DNA of 64,000 nucleotides from Pseudomonadota bacterium (GTDB lineage Bacteria; Pseudomonadota; Alphaproteobacteria; Rickettsiales; UBA3002): NCBI GenBank assembly GCA_963205305.1, contig CAUJIC010000025.1, positions 13,554 to 77,553 of the forward strand, read 5' to 3'. Shown piece by piece: positions 55,718 to 64,000 of this stretch (position 1 is its first letter; each line of letters starts with the position of its first letter). The notes under the pieces were generated by a model. It saw only the letters and a program-made list of their open reading frames with translations, ran no database searches and was not told where the DNA came from. The position numbers and the translations under genes were made by a program.

Positions 55718-56038
55718 TTAGCACGCAGCGCCACCGAGCATCGTAACGATGTCAGCTGCACCGAAGATGATACCAACACCTAAACCAACGATGATGGCCA
55801 TACCCCACGATACTTTACCCATGAGGGCGCCAACGCCGATAACAATAATTGCCAGGGTGGCAATACCGCTACCGATTGGACCTTGGAACCAATCAACTAC
55901 TGTACAAAGCGTATCCCCGAGTGGGTTGGCAGCCAAAGCTTCAGTTGGCAGCAACATCACTGCGTAAGCCACAAACAGGGCCATAGCGAGATGCGTCAGT
56001 TTCTCAGTCGTTAAGGTTAGTTTCATAATAGTCTCCAT
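55718..56038 (-). CDS. virB2: VirB2/TrbC-family T-pilin subunit
   Basis: Long signal peptide ending ...PTEALA/ANP, followed by two hydrophobic helices and a short C-terminus. It is the first gene of the virB cluster. Confidence 0.7.
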   Translation of the reverse strand: METIMKLTLTTEKLTHLAMALFVAYAVMLLPTEALAANPLGDTLCTVVDWFQGPIGSGIATLAIIVIGVGALMGKVSWGMAIIVGLGVGIIFGAADIVTMLGGAAC

Positions 56039-56470
56039 TAAGTCTTCAGTTTTTCAGATGATCGCTTTGGGCTTCACCCAGTTGAATCGCAATTACTCTG
56101 TACCTAGATAGATATCACAGAATTGTTACGATTTGATGACAGTTTTGTAAAAAACCCCATCAAATGGGCACGCTTTTACTACATCTATAGCACATATTTA
56201 TCACAGTTTTTGTTAAAATGCTAGCGGATAATATAAAAATTTACTATTTATAACTAACTGTAATTTATGAAAACAATGCATATAATCGAGATGTATAGCC
56301 ATTTTTATTAATATTTATTGCAATTAAATCATTAATTTTGTGGCTAGGGCACATTAATATAGGTAGCGCATACCCAATCTAGTGGTGCACACGGGCAATT
56401 TTCCGCTCGCCATCGCCCCCTAGCTCCATTATCACTCGGGGCTATTCATCCAGATACAGCGGAGAAACCT

Positions 56471-56938
56471 ATGACGAATATGGCTGATAAACTGAAAGAA
56501 TTAGGCATTTCCCTGCCTGTGGTGAGCATGCCCGCGGCAAATTATGTGCCCTGCACCATCAGCGGCAATACACTCTATGTATCGGGCCAGTTGCCAATGC
56601 TCGAAGGCAAGCCCCAGTTCATTGGTAAGGTTGGCCGCGAGTATAGCATCGAGCAAGGGCAAGAATGTGCCAAGCTATGCACGCTCAACATCCTCGCGCA
56701 TGTGCAGAATATCCTTGGCGGCGATTTGTCGCGCATCAGCAAACTGATTCGCATGGGTATCTTCGTGAATGCGCCCGACGATTTCACCGATCACCCGAAA
56801 GTGGCGAATGGTGCTTCGGATTTGATGGTAGGGCTGATGGGTGATGCGGGCAAACATGCACGCTTTGCCGTCGGCGTTTCGGGTCTGCCGTTTGGTGTAG
56901 CGGTCGAGGTGGATGCCACCTTCGAGCTGAAGGCGTAA
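56471..56938 (+). CDS. RidA/YjgF/YER057c family protein
   Basis: LYVSGQLPM..., IFVNAP... and VEVDATFEL are typical of Rid-family beta-alpha-beta trimers. Confidence 0.75.
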   Translation: MTNMADKLKELGISLPVVSMPAANYVPCTISGNTLYVSGQLPMLEGKPQFIGKVGREYSIEQGQECAKLCTLNILAHVQNILGGDLSRISKLIRMGIFVNAPDDFTDHPKVANGASDLMVGLMGDAGKHARFAVGVSGLPFGVAVEVDATFELKA

Positions 56939-56942
56939 CGTC

Positions 56943-57170
56943 ATGGCCGATGCAGTAAAACAAGCGCTCGATGCCGTACATGCATCGCTCGATAATAACA
57001 ACGCAGGGATTGATGCGGCGATTGCCGCGTTGAAACTGGCCGTCGAGGGTGCTGGCCAAAAAATCGTGACCATGGACAAAACCCGCCTACCCAACAATAG
57101 TCGCCCGGGCCGCAAAATGCTGCAGACCTATTTCAAAAAACGCGGCGTGCTTGTCGAGTTCGCAGAATAA
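56943..57170 (+). CDS. Small hypothetical protein (75 aa)
   Basis: Tightly packed between the RidA-like and TraX-like genes; its stop overlaps the TraX ATG by 1 nt. No motif recognised. Confidence 0.35.
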   Translation: MADAVKQALDAVHASLDNNNAGIDAAIAALKLAVEGAGQKIVTMDKTRLPNNSRPGRKMLQTYFKKRGVLVEFAE

Positions 57171-57949
57171 TGAGCGAGGGGCAACTCACATCCGAGAAGC
57201 CAATCGCCATCCTCACGACGCACCATGTGCTCAAGCTGGTGGCGATTGTCACCATGACGATGGATCACATCGGCGCGTATCTCTACCCCGAGGAATTATG
57301 GTGGCGGGTGGCTGGGCGCTTAACCTTCCCTATCTTTATCTTTCTGGTCGGCCACGCGCTTACCTATCGCACCAAGCGCGATGCATGGTTGTGGGCGGTG
57401 GTGCTAATGGTGTTAAGCCCCGTTCTGGGCGGTGAAATATTCCCTCTCAATGCGCTGGTGACAATCATCATCTGTCAGGCGTTGCTGGTTCAGGTGGAGA
57501 AGCGCGGCTGGTGGGAGAATTGCCCAGGGACCTTGCTCGCGGGGTGTGTGGTGCTGTGGTTCCCGACCTATGTACTCACGGAATATGGTGCAGTCGGGTT
57601 CCTGTTCGCGTTGATGGGCTATGCCGTGCGAAGTGGCAAACTTCACACCCGCGCAGGGTACGCGGTGATGCTGCTTGCAGCACTCGGTTTCGTTGGTAGC
57701 ATGTCGCTCTCGTTCGAATTTACGCCCGTGCAAATGCTGTGTGTGGCGTTGGAAATTACACTGGCGACGCTGCTGCTCGCCCGCTTCACCCATCGCCCTG
57801 TAACGCTGGCATGGGTGCCAAAAGGCCTGCAGCGCGCGGGGCTGTTTTTGTCACGCCACTCGATGCAATATTATGTGGTGCACCGCTTGTTGTTGCAAGC
57901 AGGCGGCATGGCCATGGGTGTGGTGACGCCCGCACTGCGTTGGTTCTAG
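57170..57949 (+). CDS. TraX-family membrane protein (F-pilin acetylase family)
   Basis: LKLVAIVTMTMDHIGAYL...AGRLTFPIFIFLVGHAL parallels the F TraX motif (IKTVALVLMVLDH...GRGAFPLFALVWG). Polytopic. Confidence 0.65.
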   Translation: MSEGQLTSEKPIAILTTHHVLKLVAIVTMTMDHIGAYLYPEELWWRVAGRLTFPIFIFLVGHALTYRTKRDAWLWAVVLMVLSPVLGGEIFPLNALVTIIICQALLVQVEKRGWWENCPGTLLAGCVVLWFPTYVLTEYGAVGFLFALMGYAVRSGKLHTRAGYAVMLLAALGFVGSMSLSFEFTPVQMLCVALEITLATLLLARFTHRPVTLAWVPKGLQRAGLFLSRHSMQYYVVHRLLLQAGGMAMGVVTPALRWF

Positions 57950-57957
57950 GGGGCACG

Positions 57958-58371
57958 ATGAAGTACTGGTTATTCAAATCCGAACCCTCGACATGGAGCT
58001 GGGACGACCAAGTGAAAGCGGGCGCCAAAGGCACCAATTGGAGCGGTGTGCGAAACCACCTCGCGAAGTTGCAGATGATGGCCATGAAAAAAGGCGACCT
58101 CGGATTTTTTTATCATAGCAATGAGGGCAAGGAGATGGTGGGCATTGTGGAAGTGACCCGCGAATATTACCCCGATGATTCTGACCCCACCGGCAAGTTT
58201 GTGATGGTGGATGTGAAGGCGGTGAAGCCCCTCAAAAAATCCGTCACGCTGGCGGACGTGAAGGCCACCAAAGCATTAGAGAAGATGTCGCTCGTTACCT
58301 CCGCGCGCCTTTCCGTCCAACCCGTAACGGCGGCGGAGTGGAAGGTGATTTGCAAGATGGGTGGGGTTTAA
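57958..58371 (+). CDS. EVE (PUA-like, DUF55) domain protein
   Basis: MKYWLFKSEPSTWSWDD...WSGVRNHLA...GDLGFFYHSN...IVGIVEV. Confidence 0.85.
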   Translation: MKYWLFKSEPSTWSWDDQVKAGAKGTNWSGVRNHLAKLQMMAMKKGDLGFFYHSNEGKEMVGIVEVTREYYPDDSDPTGKFVMVDVKAVKPLKKSVTLADVKATKALEKMSLVTSARLSVQPVTAAEWKVICKMGGV

Positions 58372-59018
58372 GCCGCTTTTTTCGCCAGAGCGACGCTGAA
58401 TTTCGCTTCGGTCTTGGCGGTGATTTCTTCGACCGTGACACCATCGGCAAGCTGGATGAGTTGCATGCCTTGCGGGGTGATTTCGAACACGCCCAAATCG
58501 GTGATGATGAGATCGACCACGCCGACACCTGTCATGGGCAGGTTGCACTCGGTGACGAGTTTGGCGGAGCCATCCTTCGCGTTATGCTCCATGATGACCA
58601 CCACGCGCTTCACGCCCGCGACGAGATCCATCGCGCCGCCCATGCCTTTGACCATTTTGCCGGGTACCATCCAGTTCGCCAAATCGCCGCGCGCATTGAC
58701 TTGCAGCGCACCGAGGATTGTGAGGTCGACATGGCCGCCACGAATCATCGCAAAGCTCATCGCGGAATCAAAGTAAACGCTCTCGGGCAGTTCGGAGATG
58801 GTTTGTTTGCCAGCGTTAATCAGGTCGGCGTCCTCGGTGCCTTCGATGGGGAAGGGCCCCATGCCGAGCATGCCGTTCTCGGATTGCAGCGTGACCTTCA
58901 TGCCCGCGGGAATGTGGTTCGCCACTAAGGTAGGGATGCCGATGCCCAAATTGACATAGAACCCATCGCGCAATTCCTGCGCGGCGCGGGCACACATTTG
59001 ATCTCTATCCCAAGCCAT
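58368..59018 (-). CDS. scoB: 3-oxoacid (succinyl-CoA:3-ketoacid) CoA-transferase subunit B
   Basis: LQSENGMLGMGPFP active-site Glu motif; 216 aa. Confidence 0.9.
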   Translation of the reverse strand: MAWDRDQMCARAAQELRDGFYVNLGIGIPTLVANHIPAGMKVTLQSENGMLGMGPFPIEGTEDADLINAGKQTISELPESVYFDSAMSFAMIRGGHVDLTILGALQVNARGDLANWMVPGKMVKGMGGAMDLVAGVKRVVVIMEHNAKDGSAKLVTECNLPMTGVGVVDLIITDLGVFEITPQGMQLIQLADGVTVEEITAKTEAKFSVALAKKAA

Positions 59019-59104
59019 GGCGAACTCTCTAGTATGAATATCTTTGAACTAGCGCGGCACCCGAACCTAATCGAGTGCCGCGCTATTTTAGTCAAGGCGC
59101 TAAC

Positions 59105-59446
59105 TTAGTGCGCGGCTTTTTCGTCTTTCTTCACGTCAGCTTTTGGCGCAGCTTTTTTAGCTTTCGCTTTTTTGCCTTTTTTCTTGGCTACTTTTTTGGC
59201 AGGTTCAGGAGCTTTCTCCGGTGTTACTACTGGAGCTTTGCTTTCTGCAATGCTCACGGCTTGTGCGTCTTTCGTCATGACAGCTGTGCCGTGCGAATCG
59301 ACCAGTACGGAAGCGGGAGCCGCATCGGGCGTGCGGGTGCCAGCCAATGCTGGGGCAGCGATTGCACAGGTCGCAATGGCAACAGCAAGGCCGCTGAGCA
59401 GGCTACGCGCTGTGTTGGTGTGTAGTTGATTGAAATTCCAAGTCAT
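59105..59446 (-). CDS. Secreted protein with a Lys/Ala/Pro-rich histone-H1-like tail (113 aa)
   Basis: GGAGGG 5 nt upstream of the ATG at 59446. Signal peptide ...CAIAAPALA/GT. C-terminus PEKAPEPAKKVAKKKGKKAKAKKAAPKADVKKDEKAAH. Confidence 0.5.
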   Translation of the reverse strand: MTWNFNQLHTNTARSLLSGLAVAIATCAIAAPALAGTRTPDAAPASVLVDSHGTAVMTKDAQAVSIAESKAPVVTPEKAPEPAKKVAKKKGKKAKAKKAAPKADVKKDEKAAH

Positions 59447-59557
59447 AAACCCTCCGTTGTGAAGCTCTTCCATTAGCCCAACCACATGGTAGGGCAAGAA
59501 TTTTTTGAGAAAAGAGTGTGCTTTTGGAGTTTATTAACACTTTATTAATATCCAGCG

Positions 59558-60154
59558 ATGCAGTATGATTTCATTCGAACACGATTTGAGGATGTTATGA
59601 GCGACGATACCAAAATCACCCCGGATTTAGCGAAAATGGGTATGGTGGCTAACGTTAATTGTAGGACGCTAAAACTGGATGACACGTCACCAGAAATGAA
59701 GAAGATGCGTGAGCTGGCTGCTAACTACAGTATGCCATTCGGCGTCCAGTGCAGTGATAAACAAGTGTTCGGTAGTACACCCGCTGTTGTCAAAATCGAC
59801 ACGCATCGCGACCCGCAAATTGCCGCTCTTTCTAGCGAGGCAGATAATTCTGCTAAAAAGTATGGGAGCGCCACGCCGCAAGAAAATGCGAAAAATACAT
59901 CAGGCAATAATGCGTTAGGTGTTATCATGAAGCGCTTCGCGTATGATAGCGCTGTACAAACTGCAATTTCTTCAGCGTCGGCAGCTCTATCGGCAAGTGG
60001 GGTGGCAGGCGTGCTTGCAGAAAGGCAGAAAGATATTACGCCCACAACAAGTTCGATCCACACCTACGCAGTTCAAGTTGTAGACCAACCATCGCCTGCC
60101 GCAACTACCCCCAAGCTTGCAGCGGAGAAAACAAACACCACACTGAAGCGCTAG
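59558..60154 (+). CDS. Hypothetical protein (198 aa)
   Basis: Open frame in the insert between scoA and scoB, on the opposite strand. No recognised motif. Confidence 0.35.
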   Translation: MQYDFIRTRFEDVMSDDTKITPDLAKMGMVANVNCRTLKLDDTSPEMKKMRELAANYSMPFGVQCSDKQVFGSTPAVVKIDTHRDPQIAALSSEADNSAKKYGSATPQENAKNTSGNNALGVIMKRFAYDSAVQTAISSASAALSASGVAGVLAERQKDITPTTSSIHTYAVQVVDQPSPAATTPKLAAEKTNTTLKR

Positions 60155-60204
60155 TGTGATCTTCATTCCTGCTGGGAAGCGGTTTTGATAGCAGTAACGT
60201 CGAA

Positions 60205-60957
60205 CTAAGCGGCTTTTCTGACGGTACGCTGCTCGATGCGTTTTTCGAAGTTTTTACCGACAAAAATCCGCTGCACAAAAATGCCTGGGGTGTGGATGTC
60301 GTTGGCTTCCAGCTCACCGATTTCTACTAATTCCTCGACTTCGGCAACGGTTACTTTTCCCGCCATCGCCATCATCGGGTTAAAATTGCGCGCGGTTTTG
60401 CGGAAAATGAGGTTGCCAGCTTTATCGCCTTTCCATGCCTTCACAATCGCTAAATCGGCGGTGAGACCCGTTTCCATCACGTAAGTTTCGCCATTAAACT
60501 CCCGCAGCTCTTTACCTTCGGCGACAATAGTGCCCACGCCCGTTTTGGTAAAAAATGCTGGAATACCCGCCCCGCCTGCGCGGACACGCTCGGCCAGCGT
60601 GCCTTGCGGGTTGAACTCGATCTCAAGCTCTTTGTTGAGGTATTGGGTCTCGAAGGTTTTGTTTTCACCTACGTAGGATGAAATCATTTTGGCAATTTGC
60701 CTATCTTTCAATAGGATGCCAAGGCCAAAATCGTCCACCCCGCAATTATTGCTAATGATGGTGAGGCCCTTAATGCCCGACTCCTTGAGCGCGATAATAG
60801 AATGTTCGGGGATGCCGCAGAGGCCAAAACCGCCCGACATAATGGTCATATTATCGCGCAGGAGGCCAGTGAGAGCCGATGATGCGTCTGTATAGACTTT
60901 GCCGCCTGTGGGCGTAGTAGTGCTCATGAACTGTTGCTCCTTGGTCGATGTTGACAC
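60205..60957 (-). CDS. scoA: 3-oxoacid CoA-transferase subunit A
   Basis: GGFGLCGIPE and NPQGTLAERVRAGGAGIPAFFT motifs. The start may be the internal ATG at 60927. Confidence 0.9.
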   Translation of the reverse strand: MSTSTKEQQFMSTTTPTGGKVYTDASSALTGLLRDNMTIMSGGFGLCGIPEHSIIALKESGIKGLTIISNNCGVDDFGLGILLKDRQIAKMISSYVGENKTFETQYLNKELEIEFNPQGTLAERVRAGGAGIPAFFTKTGVGTIVAEGKELREFNGETYVMETGLTADLAIVKAWKGDKAGNLIFRKTARNFNPMMAMAGKVTVAEVEELVEIGELEANDIHTPGIFVQRIFVGKNFEKRIEQRTVRKAA

Positions 60958-61149
60958 AATTACGTGTTTACTAGAGCTATTTACTGCGTCAAGTGCTGGA
61001 AAGGAGAATGCTAATAAAGTAGGTTACGAGCGTATTGGTTGAAAAAATTGGATATTTAGCGAAAATATCATTCACACTTGTCGAAAATATAATTAACGTT
61101 TTAATCAAATCTTAATACTTTAAGGTTAATAATTATTAAGAGGCAGTCC

Positions 61150-62295
61150 GTGCAAATAGCGCAAACAGTGGTTCCATCATCGATGAATATAACCCGACAG
61201 GATATAGAATTGCTCGTGCGGGAGCCATCGGCGGCCATGCGCCAGAATATCTGCCAGAAAATTTCCGCAGGGTATAACTCCGGCCTCTATTCTGAAAATG
61301 AAGCGCGGCTGGCGAACGAAATATTCCGTCTATTACTCAAAGATACCGAAATGAAAGTGCGGATGCTGATTGCACAAGCGTTGCAATCGAGCATGCATGC
61401 GCCCCACGATGTGATTTGGGCGCTGGCGAATGATCGTCAGGAAATCGCGGTGCCCATCCTCGAATTCTCGCATGTATTAAGTGAAGAAGATTTGATTGCG
61501 ATTGTGCAAGCAACACGTGAGCATGCAAAACTGAAAGCTATCACGCGCCGCGAGAGTATTTCCAAAGAGCTTTCGCACGCACTGATCGAAAAGCGCGACC
61601 ATGAAATCACCTGCAGCCTGCTTAGTAACAAAGGTGCCTCGATTTCGGATACAAGCATGGACGTGATTTTAGAAGAATTTGCGCGCGAGAATTCGGTACT
61701 TGAAGAGTTGGTGCTACGTGGCGGCCTTTCGTATGAATTTGCAGAGCGGTTGTTTTCTGTCGTATCGGATACGCTAAAAAAACAACTGACGCGCAAATAT
61801 CGCATGGGCAGACATGTGGCTGAGGATATGACCGCGAGTGCCCGCGAGGCTGCCGTATTGCAGTTTATTTCGCCATGGATGAGCCAGAATGACATTAATC
61901 AGCTGGTCGATGAAATGCACCGCGGTAAACGCCTCACCGATTCGGTGATCATTCGTTCGCTGTGCATTGGCGATTTGAGATTCTTTGAAACAGCCATCGC
62001 CAAGCGTGTAGGCATTCCTGTTAGCAATGCACGCATTTTATTGATTGACCCTGGCTTGCTTGGCTTTAAGGCGCTCTATGATTCGTCGGGGTTATCGCCA
62101 ACCTTTTACGAGGCCATTCGCGTGATGCTGCGCTTTGCCCTCGAGGAAACGGAATATGGTAATTACCGCACCAGCGATTTTGGCGCGCGCATGGTGGCAA
62201 AAATTCGTTCGGCGGGTTTGGATCGCACTGTCGAGAACATGGAAACATTACTGCAGTTAGTGAGCTGGGCAATCCATGAACCAAAAACTCACTAA
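61150..62295 (+). CDS. DUF2336 domain protein (HEAT-like repeats), paralog 1
   Basis: NEIFRLLLKDTEMKVRMLIAQALQSS...PHDVIWALANDRQEIAVPILEFSHVLSEEDLIAIV matches my recollection of the DUF2336 family. Confidence 0.65.
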   Translation: MQIAQTVVPSSMNITRQDIELLVREPSAAMRQNICQKISAGYNSGLYSENEARLANEIFRLLLKDTEMKVRMLIAQALQSSMHAPHDVIWALANDRQEIAVPILEFSHVLSEEDLIAIVQATREHAKLKAITRRESISKELSHALIEKRDHEITCSLLSNKGASISDTSMDVILEEFARENSVLEELVLRGGLSYEFAERLFSVVSDTLKKQLTRKYRMGRHVAEDMTASAREAAVLQFISPWMSQNDINQLVDEMHRGKRLTDSVIIRSLCIGDLRFFETAIAKRVGIPVSNARILLIDPGLLGFKALYDSSGLSPTFYEAIRVMLRFALEETEYGNYRTSDFGARMVAKIRSAGLDRTVENMETLLQLVSWAIHEPKTH

Positions 62296-63424
62296 CGCCC
62301 AGCTTGCGGAGCATTCGATTGTTCTCACGCAGATGGACGTGGATCGGTTGCTTACCGATGCTTCGCCAGACTCGCGCACGAGTGTCCTCGAGAAAATATC
62401 GCAAGGGTATAACGGTGATTTTTTGCAAGGGCGCGAACGCGAAATTGCCGAGCAGATTTTTCGACTCTTGATGAAAGATGTCGCGCTGCGGGTGCGCGAA
62501 ACATTGGCGTTACGACTTAAGGATAATGAGGTTGCGCCGCGCGATATTATGTTGCACTTGGCCAACGATGTGGAGACGGTTGCCAGCCCCGTGCTTACCA
62601 GTAGCAAGGTGCTAAGCGACTCGGATTTGGTCAGCATTATCGAGAAAAGCTATGATATTGGTAAGTTGCTGGCCATCACTCAGCGCGATGCGGTTTCGCC
62701 GCGCGTGAGTGAAGCGCTGGTGGAAACGCGCTATGAACAAGTCATGACCTCGCTGCTTACCAATGAGGGCGCAATGGTCAGTGATCGTTCGCTGGAGAAA
62801 ATTGCTGACGATTTTCGTGGGAATGAGGAAGTGCTGAAGGCACTTGCCGCCCAGCCAAAATTACCGATTACCTTGGTGGAGCGTATTGTTACGCAAGTCA
62901 GTACCGAAGTGGCGAACGAGCTTAAAGGTAAATATAAATTGAGCGATCAGGATATCGCGAGGGATGCAACGCAATCACGTGAAGACTTTATGGTGCGTTT
63001 GCTAGAGCACCCGTTATCGTCTGATGAGGTGGTGGCGCTCGTCCAGCAAATGGCGTTGGAGGATAGGCTCACTCCTTCGATTGTGATGACAGCACTGTGC
63101 CGCGGTCAATTAGCATTCTTCACGGCGGCAATTGCACAATTCGCGAGCATTCCAATCGAAAACGCCAAGCGCTTGATCGCCGATCGTGGCGAGCACGGCT
63201 TTAATGGCATCTACGAAAAATCGGGATTGCCCGATTCGATGATGAATGCGGTACGCTTGTTGTTGCGTGCAGTGCAAGATATGGCGACGGATAGTGCGGC
63301 TCCTGGTTCGGTGCTTTATGCAAACCGTCTGGCGGAGAGGGTTATCCGGATTGCGGGTTCGGAACCGATTGAATATTTGCCCTATTTCATTGCGCTCATT
63401 CGCCAAAACCAGCATCGCGCGTAG
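62276..63424 (+). CDS. DUF2336 domain protein, paralog 2
   Basis: Colinear similarity to paralog 1 (EQIFRLLMKDVALRVRETLALRLKDN...PRDIMLHLANDVETVASPVLTSSKVLSDSDLVSII). The start overlaps paralog 1 by 20 nt. Confidence 0.65.
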   Translation: MNQKLTNAQLAEHSIVLTQMDVDRLLTDASPDSRTSVLEKISQGYNGDFLQGREREIAEQIFRLLMKDVALRVRETLALRLKDNEVAPRDIMLHLANDVETVASPVLTSSKVLSDSDLVSIIEKSYDIGKLLAITQRDAVSPRVSEALVETRYEQVMTSLLTNEGAMVSDRSLEKIADDFRGNEEVLKALAAQPKLPITLVERIVTQVSTEVANELKGKYKLSDQDIARDATQSREDFMVRLLEHPLSSDEVVALVQQMALEDRLTPSIVMTALCRGQLAFFTAAIAQFASIPIENAKRLIADRGEHGFNGIYEKSGLPDSMMNAVRLLLRAVQDMATDSAAPGSVLYANRLAERVIRIAGSEPIEYLPYFIALIRQNQHRA

Positions 63425-63472
63425 CGATGATTTAGTGTTGTCTAGGCTTTTGCAGGCTGCTAACGTGCGGTC

Positions 63473-64000
63473 ATGGAAACAACGCCACGCATTGCCTGTC
63501 TTGCCGACGATTCGCCCAAAGCACAGGCGGCATTCGCCGAATTATCGAAGCGCTATGATTTTCTCGATATTGCAGGGAAACGCACTAAGCCCGATGTGAT
63601 TGTGGCCTTGGGCGGCGATGGGTTCATGTTGCAAGTGCTTCACAAATATATGCATCGTGGCATTGCTGTCTATGGCATGAATTGTGGCTCGGTTGGGTTT
63701 TTGCTCAATACCTATTATGCTGAGAATTTACATGAACGCATTACCAATGCTCGCCGTGCAACGCTGCACCCACTGGTAATGTATGCCCGCACGCGCGATG
63801 GTAAGGAACGGCAGGAGCTAGCGATTAACGAAGTGTCGTTGTTCCGCGAAAGTCGCCAAGCGGCAAAAATTCGTATCTCCATCGACCATGTGGTGCGTGT
63901 GCATGATTTAACCGCCGATGGCATTTTGGTTTCCACGCCTGCGGGCTCCACGGCCTATAATTTCTCGGCAGGTGGGCCGATTATCCCCCTCAATGGCGGG
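63473..64000 (+). CDS. nadK: NAD kinase (5' part; runs off the window end)
   Basis: Not in the ORF track. My translation is METTPRIACL...DVIVALGGDGFMLQ...DGILVSTPAGSTAYNFSAGGPI, which carries the GGDG and STPxGSTAY motifs. Confidence 0.85.
   Translation, partial: METTPRIACLADDSPKAQAAFAELSKRYDFLDIAGKRTKPDVIVALGGDGFMLQVLHKYMHRGIAVYGMNCGSVGFLLNTYYAENLHERITNARRATLHPLVMYARTRDGKERQELAINEVSLFRESRQAAKIRISIDHVVRVHDLTADGILVSTPAGSTAYNFSAGGPIIPLNGG

Overview
This 64-kb window looks like an alphaproteobacterium-like chromosome. That lineage guess is an inference from gene content (Coq7 and UbiA, DUF2336 paralogs, class Ia RNR without an ATP-cone, a VirB/D4 system), not a database result. All calls come from reading the sequence and recognising motifs in the supplied translations; no searches were run.

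Ordinary content:
- Housekeeping genes: nrdAB, ppk-ppx, thiSG, aroQ, ubiA, coq7, rsmE, gshA-like, aat, scoAB, mtgA, nadK, comM/yifB.
- Four tRNAs: CAU, Leu-CAA, Arg-CCG, Thr-UGU.

Accessory and unusual content:
1. A surface-glycan cluster at 1995-9672. It holds a HAD::UbiA fusion resembling a polyprenyl-phosphate phosphoribosyltransferase, a candidate GT-C membrane transferase, a GMC flavoprotein, a GH16 glucanase, an acyltransferase-3 protein and a Wzy/O-antigen-ligase-like protein. A ~93-bp promoter-like element is duplicated inside this cluster.
2. A 6.1-kb AT-rich island in tRNA-Thr, bounded by perfect 48-bp direct repeats. It carries a tyrosine integrase and a large RTX-repeat protein that seems split by a frameshift.
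3. A compact type IV secretion locus, virB2-B4-B6-B8-B9-B10-B11-virD4. I can find no virB1, B3, B5 or B7, and VirB6 is enlarged.
4. A sigma-54 promoter with upstream dyad repeats, divergent from an NtrC-family activator.
5. scoA and scoB separated by a 1.2-kb insert carrying two orphan ORFs.
6. A secreted orphan ORF sitting between nrdA and nrdB.

I saw no CRISPR array, rRNA gene or transposase. Three genes absent from the ORF track were added by hand: a prepilin-like gene at the left edge, nadK at the right edge, and a 58-aa ORF.
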